A DNA stretch of 64,000 bases, taken from positions 1-64,000 of the forward strand of contig CALKOM010000124.1 of assembly GCA_938091905.1 (NCBI GenBank). The letters are read 5' to 3'. The stretch comes from an uncultured Verrucomicrobiales bacterium. Lineage in GTDB: Bacteria; Verrucomicrobiota; Verrucomicrobiia; Verrucomicrobiales; DEV007. Below the pieces are notes generated by a model. That model ran no database searches and was not told the DNA's origin. It saw nothing but the letters and a program-made list of their open reading frames with translations. Shown here in pieces: positions 29,166 to 38,040 of this stretch (within the stretch, counting starts at the first letter, position 1; every line of letters starts with the position of its first letter). A program made the translations under genes and the position numbers.

Positions 29166-30581
29166 CTATTTCTGTGCTGTGCGAAAGTCGTAACAGAGTA
29201 AGCGAGGACCAGTTTTGGTCCCCGTGAGATCCTTGTAGTGTTGCGAAATGTAGACGAGCCCTCGGTGGATGGCAGGTGTAGACCAGGTCTGAGTCGCTCT
29301 GAATAGCTGCGTTCGTTGAAGAATCTCTGGGCCTTTTGGCGTCAACTTGAGCCAAAGGAGGGTGCCACCTTCGCCAAGGCAGAGGAACTGGTCGGCAACA
29401 TGGAGGAGGCTGCCGCGGAAGGGGCTATTGATCATCTGGCGTTCCCCCACTTTCTCGGTCCAGCGCATGTTATCGCGCCAGAGGTTCTTGCCAGTCTTCC
29501 AGTCGTAGCACACAAGCTCCGCGAAGGGTTCTCGTTCTCCGTGGAATCCATACAAGTACCCGTCATGCACGATGGGCATGGTCCAGTGGATACCGAAGTC
29601 CGGAGCCTTCCAGGCTTCTTCAAAGTTGTCCTCCTCGGTCACATCGAGCGCGATTCCACCCAGGCGGTAGGTTTCTGTGATGAAAACGCGATTGCCAAGG
29701 ACGACTGGCGTCGTTGCATTGACCGATTCATACTTTGACGCTCGCCACTCGAACTGTGATAGGATCTTGCCGTCCTCAGGGTCGATAAGAAGGAGCCCCC
29801 CCTCCGGCGGTTTACTCATGCCGCCAGCGAAGACGAGCAGGCGTTCCCTTCCATGAAAATTTGCGGCAATGGGCGATGCGTAGCTCGCGCCCCATCGGCT
29901 CTTGCTGATCCATTTGGTTTCGCCGGTTAGTTTGTTGAAGGCGACGACGACGGGGCGATCATCAGTGTTGGGCTCACCACCGCCTACATTCGCAATCACC
30001 ATATTTCCGTGGATCAATGGGCTGGATCCACTGCCAAAGAAATACTGAGGTACTTGATAGTCTTTCTTGAGGTCGCGTTGCCAAATGAGCTTGCCGCTAT
30101 CGAGTGCCACGCAACTGAGGATGGACGTGACGCCTAGAGTGTAGACGAGGTTTCCATCAATCACTGGGCTCCCTCGAGGGCCATTGCTATACCCAAATCG
30201 ATCTCGATAAACGATAGGGTAAGTGTAAGTCCAGTGTTCCTTTCCCGTCTCGGCGTCGCGGCATTCCAACCGCTCGTCGTTCTTCCAGCGATGAAAGAGG
30301 ACAAGCTTGCCTTCAAATAGGGCTGGAGTGGTATAGCCATCTCCTTTCTTGAGTTCCCAGACAAGCTTTGGGCCTTCTGCTGGCCAGGAAGTCGCGATAT
30401 GAGTCTCGTTGGACTTTGTATCGTCTCGTGGGCCAAGGAATCGTGGCCAGGACTCGGTTGTTGCCCTATCGGCTAATGGAGAGGCTGGTTGATATTTTGT
30501 GAGACGGGGTGCTTGATCCTGTGCAAACAAATTGATCGTGACGAGGAGAGAAAGGAGAAGCAGACATTTCACGATGGACAT
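29166..30581 (-). CDS. PQQ-binding-like beta-propeller protein (second paralog)
   Basis: Signal peptide, WPRFLGP, GPRGSP, ASYASP and repeated TGxxxW blades. Confidence 0.85.
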   Translation of the reverse strand: MSIVKCLLLLSLLVTINLFAQDQAPRLTKYQPASPLADRATTESWPRFLGPRDDTKSNETHIATSWPAEGPKLVWELKKGDGYTTPALFEGKLVLFHRWKNDERLECRDAETGKEHWTYTYPIVYRDRFGYSNGPRGSPVIDGNLVYTLGVTSILSCVALDSGKLIWQRDLKKDYQVPQYFFGSGSSPLIHGNMVIANVGGGEPNTDDRPVVVAFNKLTGETKWISKSRWGASYASPIAANFHGRERLLVFAGGMSKPPEGGLLLIDPEDGKILSQFEWRASKYESVNATTPVVLGNRVFITETYRLGGIALDVTEEDNFEEAWKAPDFGIHWTMPIVHDGYLYGFHGEREPFAELVCYDWKTGKNLWRDNMRWTEKVGERQMINSPFRGSLLHVADQFLCLGEGGTLLWLKLTPKGPEILQRTQLFRATQTWSTPAIHRGLVYISQHYKDLTGTKTGPRLLCYDFRTAQK

Positions 30582-30673
30582 TAGACGGTGCGATGGGCAG
30601 AGACTCAAGTAGTGAACAACATTCGGCAGAGGAATGGGTTGGCCGGTCTAGGATTATCGTCTAGGTCAGAAAG

Positions 30674-31294
30674 ATGATCGATGATGCTCGCTTCAATACG
30701 TTTCTGATATTTGGTGCTCCCGGAAGTGGCAAGGGCACTCAAGGCGCCGTTCTAGGGAAACTTCCCCGCTTCTTTCACTGTGCCTGTGGGGATGTGTTTC
30801 GCTCGCTCGACACACGTTCAGAGATTGGTCAGGAGTTTCTCAAGTATTCCGGCGAGGGATTGCTCGTTCCCGATGATCTGACTGTTCGTCTGTGGAAATC
30901 GAAGATCGATGCTCAAGTGGAGAGCAATCTCTTCAAACCTGATATCGACTTCCTCGTGCTCGATGGAATTCCTCGGAATGTGGAACAGGCCAAGATCATG
31001 AAGGACCACGTGCAGGTTCATCAGGTCTTTCACCTCTCCCTCAAGAATCGAGATGAACTCGCGCGGCGGTTGCGAAAGCGTGCGCTGAAAGACAATCGGC
31101 TTGATGATACCAATGAGGCCGTCATTGCACAGCGATTGGCTCTCTACGACGAGGATACCAAGCCGATGTTAGAGTATTATGATAATGGGCTTATTTCCCA
31201 ACTTGATGCCTCTCTCACTCCTGCTGAGGTCATGTTGGAAATTCTCAAGGTCGTTACGGAACTGAAAGTTTTCAAAGAAGCTCCAAAGGTTTAG
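30674..31294 (+). CDS. adk: Adenylate kinase family protein (short-LID type)
   Basis: GAPGSGKGTQ, GLLVPDD, LDGIPRN and RLDD motifs. Confidence 0.8.
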   Translation: MIDDARFNTFLIFGAPGSGKGTQGAVLGKLPRFFHCACGDVFRSLDTRSEIGQEFLKYSGEGLLVPDDLTVRLWKSKIDAQVESNLFKPDIDFLVLDGIPRNVEQAKIMKDHVQVHQVFHLSLKNRDELARRLRKRALKDNRLDDTNEAVIAQRLALYDEDTKPMLEYYDNGLISQLDASLTPAEVMLEILKVVTELKVFKEAPKV

Positions 31295-31309
31295 CAAGGG
31301 GCACCAACT

Positions 31310-32260
31310 ATGCGAATTGTCTTTCTCGGAACGGGCGACATCAGTCTGCCCACGCTGCGTTTCTTGATCATGGACTCGCGGCATGACGTTGTCGGTGTCG
31401 TTACGCAACCGGACAAGCCTGTGGGGAGAAAGCAGGTCATCACACCGCCGGAGGTGAAGGTGCTCGCCCTTGAAAATGGAATTCCCGTGGAGCAACCGAC
31501 CCGGGTTCGCAAACCTGAGGCCCTCGATAAGATTCGCGGGTGGGAGCCAGAGGTTATTGTGGTCATGGCTTACGGTCAGATCTTACCTAAGGCTTTATTA
31601 GACATGCCCAGTGTCGCCTGCCTAAATTTGCACGCCTCCCTATTGCCGCGTCATCGAGGTGCGGCGCCGATTCAAGCGGCGATTCGCGATGGCGATGATC
31701 AATCGGGGATGACGGTGATGTATGTGGCTGAGGGGCTCGATACTGGCGATGTTCTGTTGCAGCATCCTTTCGATCTTGCGCCGGATGAGACGGGGCAGAG
31801 CTTGCACGACCGCTTGGCTGATGCGGGGCCATCTGCTCTAGCAGAAGCGCTGGATCTTCTCGGTAAAGGATGGGCGCCGCGTATTCCCCAGTCGGAGGCT
31901 GCGATGACTCATACGGGAAAACTGGCTCGCGAAGATGGAATCATGGACTGGTCGCAAGACGCCGCGGTTCTAGACCGACTCGTTCGTGCCTTCGATCCCT
32001 GGCCTGGTACACTGACTCATCTAGGTGAAGGGAAACAGCGCAAGCGAGTGAAGATCTTCCCGCCAGTGATGGTGGCTCAGTCGGATGAGACTGAAGCTTA
32101 TTCTCCGGGTAGCCTGGAATGCACAGATTCTCGTTGGCAGGTGCGTTGTGGGACCGGGGCTCTGCTACTGTCGGACATTCAAGTCGAGGGCAAACGTCGA
32201 ATGTCGGTCTCGCAGTTCTGCCAGGGCCTCCAGGACCAAGAGAGCCTTAAGTTTTCTTAG
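31310..32260 (+). CDS. fmt: Methionyl-tRNA formyltransferase
   Basis: VVTQPDKPVGR, MAYGQIL, NLHASLLPRHRGAAPIQ and GLDTGD motifs. Confidence 0.95.
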   Translation: MRIVFLGTGDISLPTLRFLIMDSRHDVVGVVTQPDKPVGRKQVITPPEVKVLALENGIPVEQPTRVRKPEALDKIRGWEPEVIVVMAYGQILPKALLDMPSVACLNLHASLLPRHRGAAPIQAAIRDGDDQSGMTVMYVAEGLDTGDVLLQHPFDLAPDETGQSLHDRLADAGPSALAEALDLLGKGWAPRIPQSEAAMTHTGKLAREDGIMDWSQDAAVLDRLVRAFDPWPGTLTHLGEGKQRKRVKIFPPVMVAQSDETEAYSPGSLECTDSRWQVRCGTGALLLSDIQVEGKRRMSVSQFCQGLQDQESLKFS

Positions 32261-33348
32261 AGGGTACTCCGAGTTCGGATCTTCAGTGTCTTCGAGACAA
32301 CGAGGTCGCGATTTCCCTTGATGCCTGGGTTGTCCAGAAGGATTTGGTCGGTCGTTGTTCCAAACCGCTTTGCTAGAGCCTCAAGTGAGTCGTTAGCCCG
32401 TATCTCGTGAATAACTAACATGTTCTTTCGAGGTTGGGCGGGAGCAGTGCGGCGAGTGCCGCGTAGCGGGTTGGAAGGCGGCGCTACTAACGGATTAACG
32501 GTGCTGACGGCTTGAGGTTTGCGCTGCGTTGGCGTGGGGACATACCACGAGCCATCCGTTGGCACCATGACAAATTCACCTGGGCGAGGTGCATAGTTTG
32601 GGTAAGAACTCTTTTTATTGATCCGCAGAAATTCTTCGTGTGAAATACCATACTGTTTGGCAATCGAGGCTGCGGTGTCGCCGGACTGTGCGGTGTAGAT
32701 ACCGAAGCCTTTGGGAGCGAGGTTAGCACGATCTCTTGGTGCAAGACTGCGTTTGATCGGGCTAGGCGGTTTTGCCTTTGGAGCCTCCTTTTTGGCAGGT
32801 GGCTTAGCCTTCGGTGGCTTGGGTGCTGGTGGCTCGGTTACCGCTTTCCCGTAGTTTGGGATCCGCAAGCTTTCTCCAATCTTCAGTGCTGATGGATTAA
32901 TGGATGGATTTGCCTTTTTCAACGAGGATACGCTGACGCCGTGGTGTCTAGCAATGCGGTAAAAAGTTTCGCCGTTTCCCACCTGGTGAGACTTGTGGCT
33001 TGTAGGCTTCTTGGTGCTCGCTGGCTTCTTGGTAACAGCCGTCTTCTTGGCGGTTGGAAGTCGAAGTTCCTGGCCGATCTTAATAACGGGGTTCTTTGCT
33101 GGGAGATTGTTCAGGCGAGCGAGTTCGGAGAAGCTGACCCGATACTTTCTGGAAATACCCCAGAGAGTTTCGCCATTCGTCACGGTGTGAGAACTTGAGG
33201 TAATCTGTGAAACGAGGGTCACTTTGGGGCTGGGACCGATCATCCGGAGCCGGTCAAGCGGCTTGGAACTCTGTTGACTCGCGCCTTCGCTAGGAGCGAG
33301 AAGAATTGCGAGAAAGCAGGTTCCGAGACTGACAGATCGTTTAAGCAT
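32257..33348 (-). CDS. Secreted protein with four LysM domains
   Basis: HTVTNGETLWGIS, HQVGNGETFYRIA, YTAQSGDTAASIA and HEIRANDSLEALA, joined by Lys/Pro-rich linkers. Confidence 0.9.
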   Translation of the reverse strand: MLKRSVSLGTCFLAILLAPSEGASQQSSKPLDRLRMIGPSPKVTLVSQITSSSHTVTNGETLWGISRKYRVSFSELARLNNLPAKNPVIKIGQELRLPTAKKTAVTKKPASTKKPTSHKSHQVGNGETFYRIARHHGVSVSSLKKANPSINPSALKIGESLRIPNYGKAVTEPPAPKPPKAKPPAKKEAPKAKPPSPIKRSLAPRDRANLAPKGFGIYTAQSGDTAASIAKQYGISHEEFLRINKKSSYPNYAPRPGEFVMVPTDGSWYVPTPTQRKPQAVSTVNPLVAPPSNPLRGTRRTAPAQPRKNMLVIHEIRANDSLEALAKRFGTTTDQILLDNPGIKGNRDLVVSKTLKIRTRSTL

Positions 33349-33441
33349 GGTTAACTATCTGTATACTTTAGATTTTAGCATAACTTTCAATTATTTTTTT
33401 AAAAAATTGTATATCCTCGGTAGATTGGACTCTAGATTTTT

Positions 33442-34266
33442 ATGAAGCTGTTGATGCAGAATGGGTTATCCATCTTCGGTGCGGGCCTGTTTCTTATCTG
33501 CATGGGGATGATGCTGACTCGGCCGAGCAACTTTGCCTCCTATGTGCCCGAGATTGCGGTGGAATTGGAGGCCAGAGTAGAGGATCCGACCGTGCGCATC
33601 GTCCTGGATGCTGGGCATGGGGGGCATGATGGCGGGAGTTCCTATGTGGCGCTGAGGGAGAAGGATCTCGCCTTAAAAGTTGTAAAGCTCGTCCGAGGCC
33701 GCTTGGAGGCCGCTCGATTAGAGAATGTGGAAGTCGTCCTGACCCGCGAAGACGACCGCTACTTGACGCTGCATCAGCGGGTGGCTGTGGCGAATCGCTA
33801 TCCGAAGGCCTTCTTCGTCAGTGTTCATTTCAATGCGAGCAAGCATCGCTCTGCATCTGGAACGGAAACGTATCATGCGAATCCGAAGCCGAACATCATC
33901 GAGAATCAGCTTCGACGTCAGCTCCAGCTAGATCCCGATGTGCCGATCCTCGACACTCGTGGCGAGCGCTTTGCGAGATCGGTCCAAGACGTGCTTGTTC
34001 GCAGGTTAGGCACCCGTGATCGTGGCGTCCGTAACAACCGGAAATTTGTCCTCCCTCGCGAGGTGATTGGGCCGTCTATCCTGGTGGAATGTGTGTTCCT
34101 CTCGAACCAATCTGAAGGACTCAAGCTCCATAGTGCTCGTTATATTGAGGATATTGCTAGTAGTCTTTCAGAAGGAATTCTAAATTATGTCAAGGAATCC
34201 GGTAATGATCCCTATGATGGAATCACGCCACTATCGGGTGGTGATGAGTTGTTGCCTGCGGGTTAG
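33442..34266 (+). CDS. N-acetylmuramoyl-L-alanine amidase (Amidase_3)
   Basis: LDAGHGGHDGG, EKDLAL, LTREDD, FVSVHFNA and SILVECVFLSN motifs. Confidence 0.92.
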   Translation: MKLLMQNGLSIFGAGLFLICMGMMLTRPSNFASYVPEIAVELEARVEDPTVRIVLDAGHGGHDGGSSYVALREKDLALKVVKLVRGRLEAARLENVEVVLTREDDRYLTLHQRVAVANRYPKAFFVSVHFNASKHRSASGTETYHANPKPNIIENQLRRQLQLDPDVPILDTRGERFARSVQDVLVRRLGTRDRGVRNNRKFVLPREVIGPSILVECVFLSNQSEGLKLHSARYIEDIASSLSEGILNYVKESGNDPYDGITPLSGGDELLPAG

Positions 34267-34724
34267 CGAACCTCAGTATTTGCTAACTGATCGCCAAAGC
34301 GTTGGCCGTTGAATCGCGTGACCACTAGAAAGAGTTCGCCGGCGACCGCAGCGAAGCAGATGATCGATAGGATGAAGTAGATAAATCCGCCCGAGATGAC
34401 AAAGGCAATACTTGGCAGTGCTAGGGTGATATTTCGTGAGGCTGAAGTCGATAGGTCCATGCTTCCTCCGGAAAGTGACACGGGTTGGATCTTAAGCACG
34501 TGCTTGCCGAACGATCTGCCTTTCATGAAAGGCAGATCGAGACCGTCCTTGGCCAAAATGTAGAGTGCTCCTGCCAGAGCGCCGATTCGTTGATGAATGA
34601 TGCCGAATGCGGCCACGATGACCAGGCAGATGACGCCATCGATGAGTGCTGCCGTGAAGCGTTTGCCCAGCAGCGTCTTGCGGGCGTCTTCGTTGATAGG
34701 AGGTGGTGGTGACGAGTCAGACAT
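34263..34724 (-). CDS. RDD family membrane protein
   Basis: KRFTAALID, GRSFGK, RN and QRFGDQLANT motifs. Confidence 0.85.
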   Translation of the reverse strand: MSDSSPPPPINEDARKTLLGKRFTAALIDGVICLVIVAAFGIIHQRIGALAGALYILAKDGLDLPFMKGRSFGKHVLKIQPVSLSGGSMDLSTSASRNITLALPSIAFVISGGFIYFILSIICFAAVAGELFLVVTRFNGQRFGDQLANTEVR

Positions 34725-34733
34725 TTTTGAAAA

Positions 34734-35855
34734 CTAGTAGCCGATCTCCCAATTTACACTCACAAGCCGTGGCGCAATGTGGGCTTGTTCACGTTGGTAA
34801 AGGTCGTAGATCACTGCGGTGACGTGGTGCTGTCCTGGCGCGGCGACATCGCTCGGCCAGGAGGCGGTTGCGCGAATGAACTTGCCTTCGTTGGCGAACG
34901 TTTCTTTCTCGGCGGGATACTCATCGATGAGTATCCCGTCTAGATTCGTGAGGCGGAAGAGAATACGTCCAACCTCAGCAGCCTGTTTGGGTGGCAGGGC
35001 GATGATGCCTTTCACGCGCGGTTTGGTGGGTTGACCCCAAGCAGTGTCCACGCGGATGGGGAACATGACAGGACCACAGATGGCCCAGTGCGCTGCCTTT
35101 AGTTTGTCGACCAACTGAATCTTGGCTAAACTGGCAGGTTGTTGCACGCTGAGCGGGCTGCCAAAGACGAAGCTGCGGAAGAGCCGCTCAGCGCCATCGC
35201 TGTAGCAGAGTTCACTATCCAAGGCGATGACGGCACCTTGCTTGGCCGCGAAGCCAGGGAAATTTGCCCAGGGAAGTTTGAACTCGACTTCCATGCCATT
35301 GCTAGTGCGCCTGGAGCCCACCTCAACACCTACTTTCTCGATCGCTTTGAGGAATCCTGGGCGTAAGCAGAATCGAGGGCTGATTTGCGTGTTCTTGAGC
35401 CCAGCCCAGTAGCAATGAACGGCACCAGCGTTCGCAGTTGTCGGCCAGGCCTGGCTACGGAAGGTGTCGTCTTGGCGGGCATCGAAGTACCATTCCACGC
35501 CGTCGCCTTCCCAGAGCCGATTGTCAGGGGCACCGTTGAACGGTTTGGTATCGAGCGTTCGGAGGGCGGCGTAGAATGCGGTGTCATCCCACATGTAGAA
35601 GAATTGGGCAGCGCGCTCGGAAAGATGGGCGTGATGATACTCAAGAGGGGTGCAGAAGGCGTGCTCGAACTCTGCTAGGTTTCCATCGATAGTCATTTCC
35701 GCTGGGGCCCGCGTGGCGACGCCTCGAACGCCTGGCTTCAGGTCTGCTGCGTCGGTCCAGGTAAGCATGGATAGAAGGAGGCAGAGACTGGTCTGAGTTG
35801 CGTACATGGCGGAGAGGTTAGGGGAAGGTGTGGATTCCTGTCGATGAAATATCAA
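34734..35855 (-). CDS. Secreted CBM9/DOMON-like sugar-binding domain protein
   Basis: TIDGNLAEF, MWDDTAFY, WEGDGVEWYFD and EFKLPW motifs. Alternative start ATG 35807. Confidence 0.65.
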   Translation of the reverse strand: MIFHRQESTPSPNLSAMYATQTSLCLLLSMLTWTDAADLKPGVRGVATRAPAEMTIDGNLAEFEHAFCTPLEYHHAHLSERAAQFFYMWDDTAFYAALRTLDTKPFNGAPDNRLWEGDGVEWYFDARQDDTFRSQAWPTTANAGAVHCYWAGLKNTQISPRFCLRPGFLKAIEKVGVEVGSRRTSNGMEVEFKLPWANFPGFAAKQGAVIALDSELCYSDGAERLFRSFVFGSPLSVQQPASLAKIQLVDKLKAAHWAICGPVMFPIRVDTAWGQPTKPRVKGIIALPPKQAAEVGRILFRLTNLDGILIDEYPAEKETFANEGKFIRATASWPSDVAAPGQHHVTAVIYDLYQREQAHIAPRLVSVNWEIGY

Positions 35856-37024
35856 CGACCTAGAAACTGGGCCTCGTTTGAGAAATCGACGTCAAAGTCT
35901 GCCATCAAGCGTTCGTGCACAGGTGTCCTGAGATGATCGGGAAAGAGCTTCACCCCGTGCTTGGCTCCTACGAAGGCACCGAGCAGCGAAGCATAGGAGT
36001 CGGCATCGTGACCCCACTCTATACTCAGCTGGAGTGCGGCCAGGGGATCATAATCTGCAAGAGCGAGGCAACTGATGGCAACGACGAAGGGTACTTGGGC
36101 TTCCCACTTGATCGTTTGCGCGAAGGTTTTCTCGAGAGATGCAAAGAGTTTGGCGGGCTTCTTTTCGGCTTCGTTAGAGAGTTTCAAGGCCAGGTCTAAC
36201 CAATGATCAACCTGTCGCGTGGTGTAGCGTATTCTGCTGTAATGATAGGGATCGGTTTTCTGGATGCTTTGGATGATCTCTGGCCAGGTCTTCCCGGCGA
36301 GCGCCGTGGACAAACCTGCGACAAGAGCTGCATTGACGTCCTTGCCCCAACTGTTGTCAAAGTAACTCAGCTCATAGCACGCACGGTAGGCGTTCACGGG
36401 TTTTGCTGGATACAGGGCCGCCAGCGGCAACGACGTCATTTGACCGCAGCAGGTGGGTAACCCCTGCCAGAGCCGTTCAGGTGGCCGGGCTATGGTCGGA
36501 TCGCGTACGCCGAGGACCCAGGCACTGGCATAGCGCCATTCTTCTAGCCAATCTTGGTTGAGTCCTGCGAGCTCGGTGGAGAGTGCTTTGCTTGGCCAAT
36601 CCATGTAGACCTTGGCAAGGGTTTGTTTGTTGGGCGCCCCCTTGGATTGATGAAGTGCCTCCAATAGAATGAGCTTATGCCGGGTGTCGTCCGTGATCGT
36701 GCCAGCGGGTGCATTTTCGCCCCACTGTCCGTAGGATTCTGACTTTGGTCTTAGCGGTGCGTACGGGCGTAGTTGCAGTCGTTCAATGGCCGCTCCTGCA
36801 TCGAAGAGTTCGTCTTTCTGCCAGACCTTTGGCTGTGGTCTGAGCTGTGCGATTGCCTCGGTAGACTGGAATTCAATGGGGCCGCCCAAGGCATCGCCGA
36901 TGGCTGAGCCGTAGAGCAAGCCGCTGATGCGATCTGTTAGAGTGACGTCCGATTCTGCATGAGCGCTGAGCGGGAGCAACGCGGCGCTCAGTTGTAGGAA
37001 GCGGCGTCGTGATGTCGTTCTCAT
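35852..37024 (-). CDS. ADP-ribosylglycohydrolase family protein with a Tat signal
   Basis: SRRRFLQ...AHA leader; GSAIGDALG, GTITDDT and GHDADS motifs. Confidence 0.85.
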   Translation of the reverse strand: MRTTSRRRFLQLSAALLPLSAHAESDVTLTDRISGLLYGSAIGDALGGPIEFQSTEAIAQLRPQPKVWQKDELFDAGAAIERLQLRPYAPLRPKSESYGQWGENAPAGTITDDTRHKLILLEALHQSKGAPNKQTLAKVYMDWPSKALSTELAGLNQDWLEEWRYASAWVLGVRDPTIARPPERLWQGLPTCCGQMTSLPLAALYPAKPVNAYRACYELSYFDNSWGKDVNAALVAGLSTALAGKTWPEIIQSIQKTDPYHYSRIRYTTRQVDHWLDLALKLSNEAEKKPAKLFASLEKTFAQTIKWEAQVPFVVAISCLALADYDPLAALQLSIEWGHDADSYASLLGAFVGAKHGVKLFPDHLRTPVHERLMADFDVDFSNEAQFLGR

Positions 37025-38040
37025 GATTTCAAGACGAGATTGCGCGATAATTCTAACAAATTCTTTTTATCCTTAATCGCTAGTGAAAGATCCAGCTGGG
37101 CATAGCCGATGAGGCGTCTCATGATCTCCACGCCGACGAGCTGGTCTTGCAACTGCGCCTCGTAGGATGGTGGCTGTTGATAGGCGGATAGAAACGCGTC
37201 GGCCCGTTCGGCCTGTTGAGCAAGGTGCAGGTGGGCAAGGAACACACTGACATCAAATTCGGGGCGGCCGAAGAACGCGAATTCTGGATCGATAACGCGT
37301 GGCCCTGCATCGGTCTTGATCAGGCTGCCGGGAAAGAAGTCGCCATGAAGAAGGCATGGGCCATCAGCGAGATAGGCTTCTGGGCCGAGTGCGGCGACGG
37401 CTTTGACGTAAGTCGCGTCTGCTAGCAAAGGGGCTGCCGCTTGAGCGAGGCCAGGTTGAATAGAGTCGAGATCGAGGCCGTTGTTGGACTGTAACGGAAT
37501 CTGGAAGATATGCGCGTGATTGAGTTCACGCATGGCGCGGTTGGCAAATTTGCCAGTCTCAGGAACACGATGCAATACGGTCAGGTAGGAGGCTAAGGCT
37601 TCCAGGGTTTCGGCGTCCCACTGCTCGTGGCTGTAAACAGAACGATAGTCACCCATTTCTCTAAGGTCTTCCAAAAGCAGTATGTGATGGGACTCATCGC
37701 AGCCGATCCATCGCGGCATCATGGCAGCGGCGGCGGGAGCGCTGCTTACCCGCTTGTAGAACTCAGACTCGCGTAGGACGCGTTCCCAAGGTGCCTCGAA
37801 CTGCGGGTATTTCTCGACCCAGGGGCGTGCTTGTTTGACAATGAGGGAGCGCGCTGTGGTTTGCACCCGCAAGGTGCAGTTCATGTTTCCCTCACCGGCG
37901 ATCTCGCAGTGACGAATGCGCTCATTCGATTCTAACAACCCAGCAGTCTCGAGATGCTGTTCCAGGGCCATGGGAGCCATTGGGTCGAGAAAGAAGTGCT
38001 CTGGGTGACGGCTGGCGAGGTCTTCGCGAGGCGAACTCAT
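37021..38040 (-). CDS. mtnK: Methylthioribose kinase-like phosphotransferase (APH fold)
   Basis: GEGNMN, IVKQARPW, LLHGDF, IDPEFAFFG and GVEIMRRLIG motifs. Substrate not certain. Confidence 0.65.
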   Translation of the reverse strand: MSSPREDLASRHPEHFFLDPMAPMALEQHLETAGLLESNERIRHCEIAGEGNMNCTLRVQTTARSLIVKQARPWVEKYPQFEAPWERVLRESEFYKRVSSAPAAAAMMPRWIGCDESHHILLLEDLREMGDYRSVYSHEQWDAETLEALASYLTVLHRVPETGKFANRAMRELNHAHIFQIPLQSNNGLDLDSIQPGLAQAAAPLLADATYVKAVAALGPEAYLADGPCLLHGDFFPGSLIKTDAGPRVIDPEFAFFGRPEFDVSVFLAHLHLAQQAERADAFLSAYQQPPSYEAQLQDQLVGVEIMRRLIGYAQLDLSLAIKDKKNLLELSRNLVLKS

